Notes under the pieces: model-generated | Told to the model about the DNA's origin: nothing | Seen by the model: the letters and a program-made list of their open reading frames with translations, nothing else | The model's database searches: none | DNA from: Planctomycetota bacterium | GTDB taxonomy: Bacteria > Planctomycetota > UBA8742 > UBA2392 | NCBI GenBank assembly: GCA_020425605.1 | Contig: JAGQRH010000012.1 | Location: 2,653 to 66,652 of the forward strand | Direction: 5' to 3' | Length of the DNA stretch: 64,000 bases | Translations under genes and position numbers: made by a program | Shown here: positions 19,587-28,114 of the stretch, one piece after another | Layout: every line of letters starts with the position of its first letter | How positions within the stretch are numbered: the first letter of the stretch is position 1

Positions 19587-19775
19587 CTACAGGCGCTCTT
19601 CGACTTCAAACACCTGCTTGGTCTTGCCGTAGAAACCGCTTTCCTCGCACACGCGGTGCGACAGTTTCGGCATGCCCGTCTTGGCGCACTTGCTGATCTT
19701 CGGCAGCGCCAGCGCGTTGTGTGAACGACGGCTGTTGCGGCGTGCCTTTGAGGTTTTCTTCTTCGGTGTGGCCAT
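19587..19775 (-). CDS. rpmF: 50S ribosomal protein L32
   Basis: 62 aa; MATPKKKTSKARRNSRRSHNAL..; RBS AGGAGAG upstream; conserved rpmF-plsX linkage. Confidence 0.9.
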   Translation of the reverse strand: MATPKKKTSKARRNSRRSHNALALPKISKCAKTGMPKLSHRVCEESGFYGKTKQVFEVEERL

Positions 19776-19816
19776 TTCTCACTCTCCTGCTGCCGCGCCT
19801 CACGGCGCGGGCTTGA

Positions 19817-22768
19817 TCACGCCTTCTCGAGTGCTTCGCGGATACGTTTTCTGCCGGTCGCCAACGCTTCCGACATACCTTCCGGGTTCTTGCCGCCGGC
19901 CTGGGCGATTTCGGGTTTCCCCCCACCGCCTCCGCCGACAAGGCGGGCCATTTCGCCAACGATCTTGCCCGCGTGAAGCCCCCGTCCGACCAAATCTTTC
20001 GTAAACGACAACAACAGCAGTGCACGACCTTCGCCGCGGCTGCCGAGTAAAATCGCTGACGGGGCGTCATCCTGCCGCAAAGCGTCACTGATTGTCAACA
20101 GATCAGGCGCGTCTACACCCTCAAGCTCGGCGACGTAAACTGTGACGTCGCCGACAGTTTCGGCAGCGTCGCGGATCGACTTGAGCTGCTTTTCGTCAAC
20201 CCCGCCACCCTTCTTGGCTTTGCCCTTGAGGTCTTTGACCTCCTTCAGCAATCCCTCAACCTTCTCCAGAACCTTGCCGGGCTGGGCTTTGGTGGCGGCG
20301 TGCAACTGCGCAAGCAGTTTGGCCTCCTCGGCCGCGAGCTCGTATGCGTCCTGGCCGGTAACGGCCTCGATGCGCCGCACGCCTGCGCTGCTGCTGCCTT
20401 CGCTTACAATACGGAAGTATCCAATGTCGCCGGTGCGGGCCACGTGCGTGCCGCCACAGAGCTCTTTACTGAAACCGTCGCGCCCCATGGTCAGCACGCG
20501 AACTTTGTCGCCGTACTTTTCGCCGAACAGGGCCATCGCGCCGGCCTTCTGGGCGTCTTCGGGCGCCATGACGCTTGTGCCGACCTCGGTATTGGCCTGC
20601 ACCTGCTCATTGACCAGGCGCTCGATCTCCTGCCGTTCCTCGAAGGTCAGCGCCTTGGGGTGGCTGAAGTCGAAACGCAGGCGGTCCGGCCCGACCTCGC
20701 TGCCGCGCTGCACCACGTGGTCGCCCAGCACCTTGCGCAAGGCGGCATGCATCAGGTGGGTGGCGCTGTGGTTGGCGCGCACGCGGTCGCGGCGTTGATT
20801 GTCAACGCGCGCGGTGACCGCGTCGCCTACGCGAAGCTTGCCGTGCAGCAGTTTGCCCTCGTGCAGGAAGTAGTCGTCGCGCTTCTGTGTGTCGGCGACT
20901 TCGAAGCTTGACTCATCGTGGACAAGTGAACCGCGGTCCCCCACCTGGCCGCCGGACTCGCCATAGAACGGCGTGCGGTCGAGCACGACTACCGCGCTGT
21001 CGCCTGCTTCGATGATGTCGAACAGTTCCCCATTACGTGCGATGGCAATGACCTTGCATTCGGCTTCGCAGGTCTCGTAGCCAAGGAACTGACTGGGCTT
21101 GTGCTTGCCCTTCACTTCCTGGAACCAGCCCTTCTCGAACACGGAGCCGACCTTGCCGGCGCCGCTGATCTTTCGGAACCCATCAAACGCTCGGTCGAAT
21201 CCAAGCTGGTCGAATCTCAACTCTCGTGTTCGACACTCGTCCTTGATGACTTCCGGAGGAAGACCGTAGGTGGAGTAGAGGTCGAACGCCTTATCGCCGG
21301 GAAACAAATCCCCCTTCTTGAGGAACACCGTTATGTCGGTGAGTCTTTCATGACCTCGAGCGATCGTACGTTCGAAGTTGACTTCTTCTTGTTCCATGAC
21401 TGACTGAACTTGGCTCTGCATTCGGCTGAGTTCAGCGTACGCGCCCGAATACGAACCGACGACCGTCTCAATCAAGGCATGCAGGAATGGGCCGTGAAAG
21501 CCCAGCGATCTGCCGTCCCAATACGCGCGACGAATGATGTTGCGAATGACGTAGCCCTGCTTCTCGTTGCTGGGCTGCATCCCATCCGACATGCAAAACA
21601 AGGCAGCACGGACATGATCCGCGATGCGTTTTTCGCGGACAAAACAATCACGAAGTTCATTCCAAAGGATCCCAAGTGGCTCCTGGGACGCTTTGGTCCA
21701 AAAAGACTGCACTCCACCCGCTCGTTCTACTATTGAATGGAACGCCTTCGGAACTCCCGGGCGCATGAACTCCGCCACGAACAAGCTCCGGGCCTCATTC
21801 AGCAGCTCGCTCTCTGCCAACACTCGATAGATCGAAGTCTCTTGCGATGTCTTGGGCATTTGCCGAATCAGTTCACCGACACGCACACGCGTGAGAGCAA
21901 ACAAGCTGGAATCAAGTGTCGTTGGAACGCTGTCGAGGACCATCACCAGTCGCTCGAAGCCGCCGCCGAAGTCGATGTTCTTTGCTGGCAGCGGCGTCAG
22001 CGTTCCCTTGCCGGGGGCGGGGCCGCTGCGCTCGTATTGGGTGAAGACGATGTTGCCGATTTCCATGAAGCGGTCGCCGTTGCTGGCGACGTCGCCCTGG
22101 CCATACTCATCGCCGAGGTCGAAGAAGATCTCGCTGCACGGGCCGCAGACGCCGTTGGGGCCTTCACTGGGCGCGCCGGCCGGCCAGAAGTTGTCGTGCT
22201 CGCCGAGGTAGAAGATGCGCTTCTTCAACTCATCGGGCTTCCAGAGCTTGCCTAGGATTTCAGTCCAGAGGCTGGCGGCTTCCTCGTCGCGGCCTTCGCC
22301 CTTTTCGTCGCCGCCGTAGACGCTGACGTAGAGCTTTGACGTGTCAAGACCGCAGCCGCCCTTGTCCCATGGCAGCGTGTAGAAATCCCAGATCCAGCGG
22401 ATGGCTTCCTTCTTGAAAAAACCCTTGCTGCCGTTGGGGCCGGTTAAACCGTCGCCGAAGCTGAAGAAGCCGAGCATTTCAAAAAACGTGTGGTGGCGCG
22501 CGGTCTTGCCGACGTTTTCGAGGTCCGGCGTGCGCATGCACTTCTGCACGGTTGTGGCCGCGCGCGTGCCGTGCACGAGGTTGCCGGTGAAGTCGTCCTT
22601 GAACTGGTGCATGCCGGCGCTGGTGAACAACGTGCTGGCATCCGGCGGCTGCAACGAGCTGCTGGGCAGCACGAGGCTGCCTTTCACCTTGCCGCCCGCG
22701 TGCTCCTTCATGCGCTGGTCGAAGAACCTTAGGAAGCGCTGGCGTAGATCGTTCGGGTCTACCTTCAT
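19817..22768 (-). CDS. alaS: Alanine--tRNA ligase
   Basis: 983 aa; TSAGMHQFKD, ARHHTFFEMLGFFSFGD class-II motifs, editing and C-terminal DHHA1-like domain. Confidence 0.95.
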   Translation of the reverse strand: MKVDPNDLRQRFLRFFDQRMKEHAGGKVKGSLVLPSSSLQPPDASTLFTSAGMHQFKDDFTGNLVHGTRAATTVQKCMRTPDLENVGKTARHHTFFEMLGFFSFGDGLTGPNGSKGFFKKEAIRWIWDFYTLPWDKGGCGLDTSKLYVSVYGGDEKGEGRDEEAASLWTEILGKLWKPDELKKRIFYLGEHDNFWPAGAPSEGPNGVCGPCSEIFFDLGDEYGQGDVASNGDRFMEIGNIVFTQYERSGPAPGKGTLTPLPAKNIDFGGGFERLVMVLDSVPTTLDSSLFALTRVRVGELIRQMPKTSQETSIYRVLAESELLNEARSLFVAEFMRPGVPKAFHSIVERAGGVQSFWTKASQEPLGILWNELRDCFVREKRIADHVRAALFCMSDGMQPSNEKQGYVIRNIIRRAYWDGRSLGFHGPFLHALIETVVGSYSGAYAELSRMQSQVQSVMEQEEVNFERTIARGHERLTDITVFLKKGDLFPGDKAFDLYSTYGLPPEVIKDECRTRELRFDQLGFDRAFDGFRKISGAGKVGSVFEKGWFQEVKGKHKPSQFLGYETCEAECKVIAIARNGELFDIIEAGDSAVVVLDRTPFYGESGGQVGDRGSLVHDESSFEVADTQKRDDYFLHEGKLLHGKLRVGDAVTARVDNQRRDRVRANHSATHLMHAALRKVLGDHVVQRGSEVGPDRLRFDFSHPKALTFEERQEIERLVNEQVQANTEVGTSVMAPEDAQKAGAMALFGEKYGDKVRVLTMGRDGFSKELCGGTHVARTGDIGYFRIVSEGSSSAGVRRIEAVTGQDAYELAAEEAKLLAQLHAATKAQPGKVLEKVEGLLKEVKDLKGKAKKGGGVDEKQLKSIRDAAETVGDVTVYVAELEGVDAPDLLTISDALRQDDAPSAILLGSRGEGRALLLLSFTKDLVGRGLHAGKIVGEMARLVGGGGGGKPEIAQAGGKNPEGMSEALATGRKRIREALEKA

Positions 22769-22778
22769 CTCTCATCCA

Positions 22779-22808
22779 ATCGAAAAGCCCGGCCTTGCGG
22801 ACCGGGCT
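22779..22808 (-). terminator. Rho-independent terminator downstream of recA
   Basis: GCCCGG-CCTTGCGGA-CCGGGC hairpin flanked by U/A-tracts on both strands (bidirectional-looking). Confidence 0.6.
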
Positions 22809-22833
22809 CTTTTACCTGTCTGCCTCGTGTCCG

Positions 22834-23871
22834 CTACTCCTCTGTCGCTGCGGCTGCCTCACCTACGGGCATGCCGAGCGCCTCACGGGTAGCTCGCTCG
22901 ACCGCAGCGTGGATGTCCTTGTTCTCGCTCAGGAAGGCCTTGGCGTTCTCCTTGCCCTGGCCGAGTTTGGTATCGCCAAACGTCCACCACGCGCCCGAGC
23001 GCTTCACGACGCCGGTCTGGGCACCCAGCTCAAGCAGGTCGCCGAGCTTGCTGATGCCCTCATTGAAAATGATTTCCAGCTTCGCGCGCTTGAACGGCGG
23101 CGCGAGCTTGTTCTTCACCACCTTGACGTTCACTTCGTGACCTACCACGTCGTCACCCACCTTGATCGGCTTGCCCTTGCGCACTTCGATGCGCTGGCTG
23201 GCCGCGAATTTTAACGCGTTGCCGCCGGTGGTTGTTTCCGGGTTGCCGAACACGATGCCGATCTTCATGCGGATCTGGTTGATGAACACCAGGCTGGTCT
23301 TGGCGCGGCTGACGGCGCTGGTCAGCTTGCGCATGGCCTGGCTCATGAGGCGTGCCTGGCTGCCCATCTGGGCATCGCCCATGTCCCCCTCGAGCTCGCT
23401 GCGCGGCACAAGCGCGGCGACGCTGTCAACTACAATGATGTCAAAGGCGTTGCTGCGGATCAGCGTTTCGCAGATATCCAGCGCCTGTTCACCGCTGTCG
23501 GGCTGGCTGACGTACAGGTTGTCCGTGTCCACGCCGATCTTGTTGGCATAGCTGGGGTCCATCGCGTGCTCGGCGTCGATGAACGCAGCGATACCACCGG
23601 TCTTCTGCGCCTCAGCGATCACCTGCAGGGCGATGGTGGTTTTTCCGGAAGACTCCGGGCCGTAGATTTCGACCACACGGCCGCGCGGAATGCCTCGCCC
23701 GCCGAGCGCGAGGTCAAAGCTCAATGCGCCGGTGCTTATACCCTGGATCTCGACGATCGGCGCATCGCCCAGCTTCATCAGCGAGCCCTTGCCGTGTGTC
23801 TTCTCGATCTGGGCGAGAGCCATTTTCACGGCCTCGGCGCGCTTGTCTTCGGTGGCTGTCTTCGCGGCCAT
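22834..23871 (-). CDS. recA: Recombinase A
   Basis: GPESSGKTT Walker [11 protein letters not shown], full RecA core; 345 aa. Confidence 0.97.
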   Translation of the reverse strand: MAAKTATEDKRAEAVKMALAQIEKTHGKGSLMKLGDAPIVEIQGISTGALSFDLALGGRGIPRGRVVEIYGPESSGKTTIALQVIAEAQKTGGIAAFIDAEHAMDPSYANKIGVDTDNLYVSQPDSGEQALDICETLIRSNAFDIIVVDSVAALVPRSELEGDMGDAQMGSQARLMSQAMRKLTSAVSRAKTSLVFINQIRMKIGIVFGNPETTTGGNALKFAASQRIEVRKGKPIKVGDDVVGHEVNVKVVKNKLAPPFKRAKLEIIFNEGISKLGDLLELGAQTGVVKRSGAWWTFGDTKLGQGKENAKAFLSENKDIHAAVERATREALGMPVGEAAAATEE

Positions 23872-23962
23872 TGCTGGTCCTTTCGGTCGAGCCGCATGGT
23901 ATGGGTGCGGCCCTGGCGCAACAAGTGTTTGCTGTCAGTTGATAGTCGGTGGTTGGTAGGAA

Positions 23963-23992
23963 CTGCCAAAAGAAGGGGCCTGCAAGGGCCCT
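23963..23992 (-). terminator. Rho-independent terminator downstream of phosphatase gene, upstream of recA
   Basis: Stem 6 bp with one-G bulge: 5' arm GGGCC.C (one unpaired base), loop UUGCAG, 3' arm GGCCCC, followed by UUCUUUUGG on the minus transcript. Confidence 0.55.
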
Positions 23993-24004
23993 CAGCACTA
24001 TCAA

Positions 24005-24772
24005 CTAGCCCGCAGGGCGATACACCACTCCGTCGTACCAGGCGGCGATTGCACGCCCGGGCTTTTCCTCGAAGTAGTGCTGCCTGACCCAGTCGCGGAT
24101 CTTCAACTTCTCTTTCGGGTGGGCCGCGGTGAACGCCTCGTACATGTCGAGAAAGTCGTCCATGGCCTGTGGGCCGCCGATCTCGACGTGCCCATAAGGA
24201 AAGAAGGCCAGCTGTTCGCGGGCCGTCTTCAGTGGTGTGCCGCGATAGTCATGCAGCCATATCACGGTGACCAGCCCGGTGCGATCGGCCCCCTGTCTGC
24301 AATGAACCAGGACGGGCGTTTCGATGTTGTCGAGAGCGTTGAATAGTGTGCTCAGCTCTGACCGCCAGGGCAGGCGCGTGGCAGCCATCTTGGCGATCAC
24401 CAGCTTGGCCCCTGATCCCTCGGCCGCTGCGCGTTCTTCCTCATAGCTGACTTCGTCCGAGTCGTCCGTACCGACGAGCCGCAGGACGGTCTTGATCTCG
24501 TTCTCGTTGATGTAGCGGCGAAACGCCTCGCCTTCGAGCTGGCTGCTGCGGTGCCACTCCTGGCTGATCTTGTGGTAGTTGTCCGTGCCGAACCGGTACA
24601 GGAAGAAGGCGACAATGATCGTCAGGGCGCCGACGAAAAACACGCCGCCGCCGATGATCAACCGCGTACGTTCCTGACGGCCGTGGACATAGCCCCACGA
24701 ATCAATCGCGTGGTCCAGCTTCTTCGGAGAGCCGGCAGTGTTGATGCCGTGCGGATCAGTTGGCGCCACCAT
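24005..24772 (-). CDS. Membrane-anchored protein tyrosine/dual-specificity phosphatase-like protein
   Basis: HCRQGADRTG (CX5R) motif; N-terminal TM helix. Confidence 0.7.
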   Translation of the reverse strand: MVAPTDPHGINTAGSPKKLDHAIDSWGYVHGRQERTRLIIGGGVFFVGALTIIVAFFLYRFGTDNYHKISQEWHRSSQLEGEAFRRYINENEIKTVLRLVGTDDSDEVSYEEERAAAEGSGAKLVIAKMAATRLPWRSELSTLFNALDNIETPVLVHCRQGADRTGLVTVIWLHDYRGTPLKTAREQLAFFPYGHVEIGGPQAMDDFLDMYEAFTAAHPKEKLKIRDWVRQHYFEEKPGRAIAAWYDGVVYRPAG

Positions 24773-25732
24773 CTAGCCCTTGCCCTTCAGCCACTTCACG
24801 TAGTCAGCGATGCCTGTATCGAGATTGTACTTCGGCTCGTAGCCGAGTTCTTCCCTGCTGCGGGTCAGGTCCGCCTGGGTGAACGGCTGGAAGAACGGAA
24901 ACGGGTTGTCGATGTATTCCGGCTCAAGCGTTGTGCCGAGCGCCTTGTTCAGCTGCTCAATCACGTCATTGAAACTGCGTGCCTCGCCGCTGCCGGTATT
25001 GAACACACCCGGTTTCGCGCTGTGCATGGCAAGCATGGTGTTGGTCACGGCATCGTCCACGTGCACGAAGTCCCGCTTCTGCTCGCCGCTCTTGAAGACG
25101 CGCGGGCGCTTGCCGGCGGTCATCTGCAGATAGAGCTGGTAAATCATGCTGGCCATCGGGCCCTTGTGCTGCTCATGCGGGCCGTAGACGTTGAAATAGC
25201 GAACGGCGTTGATCTTCCAGTTGGCGAGGTCGGGATCGCGCCGGTACTTCTCGGCCAGGTTCTCGAGCTGCACCTTGCTGAAGCCATAGACGTTGGCGGG
25301 CTTGCGCTCGTCGGTCTCGACGTTCACTTTGCCGTCAATGCCGTAGGTTGCGGCGCTGCTGGCGTAGGTGATCGGTGTCTGCTTTTCGCGCGCGAACTCT
25401 AGCAGCCGGCGAAAGCTCTCGATGTTGTCCCAGCACATCTGGCGCTGGTCCATCACGCGCGTGTCGGTGATGCTGGCGAGGTGGAAGATGGCGTCGAAAT
25501 CTGCGGCCTGCAGGTATTGCTTGAAGTCGAGCTTCGCCATGTCGGCCGCGATGACCTCGCCCCGGAAGCCTTCCAGGTTGTGGAAGTCGCCGCTGCGGAA
25601 GTCGTCGATCACGGTGACGTCGGCGTTTTCCCACTCAGACTCAATGCGCCGCACCAGACGCGAGCCGATGAAGCCGGCCCCACCGGTAACAAGCACACGC
25701 CAGATCGCATTTTTTCCGGGCAATGTCATGGG
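24773..25732 (-). CDS. hldD: ADP-L-glycero-D-manno-heptose-6-epimerase
   Basis: VLVTGGAGFIGS, YASSAATYG, RYFNVYGPHEQHKGPMAS, FTQADLT match HldD; start taken at MTLPGKN; the track ORF extends to 25801. Confidence 0.85.
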   Translation of the reverse strand, partial: PMTLPGKNAIWRVLVTGGAGFIGSRLVRRIESEWENADVTVIDDFRSGDFHNLEGFRGEVIAADMAKLDFKQYLQAADFDAIFHLASITDTRVMDQRQMCWDNIESFRRLLEFAREKQTPITYASSAATYGIDGKVNVETDERKPANVYGFSKVQLENLAEKYRRDPDLANWKINAVRYFNVYGPHEQHKGPMASMIYQLYLQMTAGKRPRVFKSGEQKRDFVHVDDAVTNTMLAMHSAKPGVFNTGSGEARSFNDVIEQLNKALGTTLEPEYIDNPFPFFQPFTQADLTRSREELGYEPKYNLDTGIADYVKWLKGKG

Positions 25733-25900
25733 CGCAGAGAATGACAACGCTTTGCCCTTCGGGCAAGTTCTGGTCTCGCGCAGAGGCGCAGAGCGCCGCA
25801 ACCACTAGGCACGATGCCACGATTTCTCCCTCGGCTTCGGAGGCTGCTCGGTGTTTGCGGCCTTGCGCCTGCATTGAGCGGCGCTCTGCGGCTCTGCGCG

Positions 25901-25948
25901 AGAAAAAAGAAAGGCCCCCGCCGTAGCGGGGGCCTTTGCTTGCTTTGG
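25901..25948 (-). terminator. Rho-independent (bidirectional-looking) terminator downstream of DHS-like gene
   Basis: GGCCCCCGC-CGUA-GCGGGGGCC stem flanked by A7 on one side and T-rich on the other. Confidence 0.7.
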
Positions 25949-27079
25949 CTAGCTGGCAGTGAGTGCGGCCTTCTTGGCGGACTTCTTCTTACCCTTCTTC
26001 TTGGCCTTCTTGGCCTTGGGCATCTGGAAGTCCGGACCTTTGAAGAACTTGCTCAGTTCAAGACCCTTGCGCTTCTTGTGGGCGCCGCGGGCGTAGACCG
26101 CGCCGGCCAGCAGCGGGAAGGTTACGGTCGCTTCGCCGTAGACCATCTGCTCATAGGTCAGGTCGACCTTGCCCCAGCTTGAAGCTTCCTTCAGCGTGCT
26201 GCCGCTGAGGGCGCCGTCACGCTCGTCGGCCACGGTCAGCTGGATCGCGTACTTGTGCATCGGCGCGTCATGCATGCCGAGCACTTCGGCCGCCACAACC
26301 GTATCCTGCGTGAAGTTCTTCGGTACGCCGCCGCCGATCATCAGGATGCCGGTTTCCTTCGTGGCGTGCATCTTGAGGTAGGTCAGATCGAGGAAGTCAC
26401 GCCCGCTGTCAATGCTGGCCATCGGCTTGCCCGCCTGGATGCACTTGTGCTGGTGAAGCACGACGCCGAAGCCCGCGCTGCAGTCGCTGAAGGCGGGCAC
26501 GAAGATCGGCACGTTCTTGTTGAAGCAGGCTTCCACGAAGCCGTCGTGCTTTTTGCCGTGCTTGGTGAGGTAGCGGCCCATCTCGCGGATGATTTCGCGG
26601 CTGGCGTACGGGCGCGGCTCGAGAGCGTCGAAGAGCTTGGTCATCACTTCGTCGCAGACGCGCAGCTCATCTTCATTGATGTAGTGGTCGTAAATGCGGT
26701 CGATGGCAAGGTCGCGCAGGACGGCGTCGTCGACGAACTGGGTGCCCTTGTAGTGGGAAAAGCCCAGGCCTTCGAAGAAGTCCTGATCGACCACGATCGC
26801 GCCGGTGCTGACGATGGCGTCGACCATGTTGTTGTTCACGAGGTCGGTGATCACCTTCTTGAGACCCGCCGAAACGAGGCTGCCGGCGAGGCACAGCACA
26901 ACACTGCAGTTCTTGTCGCGCAGGGCCATGTCGAAAATGTCGGCCGCACGGGACAGATTGCGAGCCTGGAAGCTGGTGTCGCCCATCATGGCGACCAGCT
27001 TGTCCATGTCGCGGACCTTGGTGATGTCGATGTGCTTGACGAGCTGTTTCTTGTTCAGGAAGTCGGTCTTCTTGGCCAT
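25949..27079 (-). CDS. Deoxyhypusine synthase-like protein
   Basis: 376 aa with DHS-family blocks (..AGSLVSAGLKK.., STGAIVVDQD, FVPAFSDCSAG..); lysine-rich C-terminal tail KAKKAKKKGKKKSAKK. Confidence 0.75.
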   Translation of the reverse strand: MAKKTDFLNKKQLVKHIDITKVRDMDKLVAMMGDTSFQARNLSRAADIFDMALRDKNCSVVLCLAGSLVSAGLKKVITDLVNNNMVDAIVSTGAIVVDQDFFEGLGFSHYKGTQFVDDAVLRDLAIDRIYDHYINEDELRVCDEVMTKLFDALEPRPYASREIIREMGRYLTKHGKKHDGFVEACFNKNVPIFVPAFSDCSAGFGVVLHQHKCIQAGKPMASIDSGRDFLDLTYLKMHATKETGILMIGGGVPKNFTQDTVVAAEVLGMHDAPMHKYAIQLTVADERDGALSGSTLKEASSWGKVDLTYEQMVYGEATVTFPLLAGAVYARGAHKKRKGLELSKFFKGPDFQMPKAKKAKKKGKKKSAKKAALTAS

Positions 27080-27377
27080 AACGAGTGTCTCCTACGGGTA
27101 AACAACGCGGGTAGCGTCGAGCGCGTAAAGTGCGATTGTTCGGCCCGGTAGTTGGTGGGACGCCTAGTCCCGTGATTGTCGTGGCTACTTCGTTTGAGCC
27201 TTCAGGGGCCAAATCCCCAAAAGGCTGAACCGCAGCGACGCGAACGCGCACAACACGACGGCAAAAACTGTACAGCATGAACGCCCGGACGCAAACGAAT
27301 CAGCCCGGATTCACGAGAAATTCGTATCGTCACGGCAGGGCCCCGACGATTGTCTGGGCCCTGCCGTTGCCGGGGGC

Positions 27378-28043
27378 TTAGACTGCGGCGAGTTGAGCCT
27401 CGCGGGCGGCCCTTGCCTGCTCCTCGGCGAAGGCAACTGCTTCCGGCGGAGCCCCCTTCTTGAGGGTGTTGATGAAGGTGGTGCGCTCCGCCTCGTTCAC
27501 CCCGTGGATCATCCAGGTCAGGTAGACCGGCATGTCCTGCGGCGGGATGTGGCTGACGATGGAGTGCTCGGTTGCGATGATCTCCTCGTCGCTCATGTTC
27601 AGCCACAACTCCTGCGCCACGTCGGTCTCCTCTTCGCTCATGTGCGCGAACTGGGTGGCTGTGTAGCGCGACAGGGCAAGGTACAGGGTGTAGCCGACGG
27701 CGGGGTTGCCGACCGCGCTGGCAGTCAGGCCCAGCACCTCGCTTTCGTGCGTCTCCAGAACCTTGTGCGTGGCGAGCACGCGGCGGGCCAGCTTGGGCGC
27801 GAACTCCTGCAGGCGCGGGTCGACGACCTCATCCTCGTGCTCGGCGTGCTGGTGCATCAGCCGCACGGACAGGCGCAGGCGCCGGACGAACGCCTCAGCC
27901 GTCTCGACGTCGGCGAAGTCGAGGTTGGCCGCGATGCGCAGCAGTTCGGTCAGCTCACGGCGGATGCCCTTATGGATGTAGGTGTACGGATTGTATCGGT
28001 TGGTCTGCATGGCTGTGTCTCCGGTCAGGGCCCCATTGCCCAC
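27378..28043 (-). CDS. Hemerythrin-like (HHE cation-binding) domain protein
   Basis: Repeated H..E / H..H spacing (HKGIRREL.., MHQHAEHEDE.., HKVLETHESE..); start may be the second Met at 28010. Confidence 0.55.
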   Translation of the reverse strand: MGNGALTGDTAMQTNRYNPYTYIHKGIRRELTELLRIAANLDFADVETAEAFVRRLRLSVRLMHQHAEHEDEVVDPRLQEFAPKLARRVLATHKVLETHESEVLGLTASAVGNPAVGYTLYLALSRYTATQFAHMSEEETDVAQELWLNMSDEEIIATEHSIVSHIPPQDMPVYLTWMIHGVNEAERTTFINTLKKGAPPEAVAFAEEQARAAREAQLAAV

Positions 28044-28074
28044 GCAATAGATACGCCATGCCGGGAACAGCGCG

Positions 28075-28114
28075 TTCCTAAGTGTTCGCTAGCGCTTTCC
28101 TAAATATTTCCTAA
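28075..28114. promoter_or_regulatory. Phased heptamer direct repeats (TTCCTAA x3 plus degenerate TTCGCTA) with ~11-bp periodicity upstream of hemerythrin-like gene
   Basis: cgTTCCTAAgtgTTCGCTAgcgcTTTCCTAAatatTTCCTAAc; copies at about 28075, 28085 (degenerate), 28097, 28108. Confidence 0.5.

Noticed and set aside
23872-24004. Canonical LexA/SOS box upstream of recA
   Set aside because: None of the known consensus forms (E. coli CTGT-N8-ACAG, Cheo GAAC-N4-GTTC, alpha GTTC-N7-GTTC, Geobacter-type GGTT..ACC, Myxococcus CTRHAMRYBYGTTCAGS) matched. Only the novel 10-bp inverted repeat is reported.
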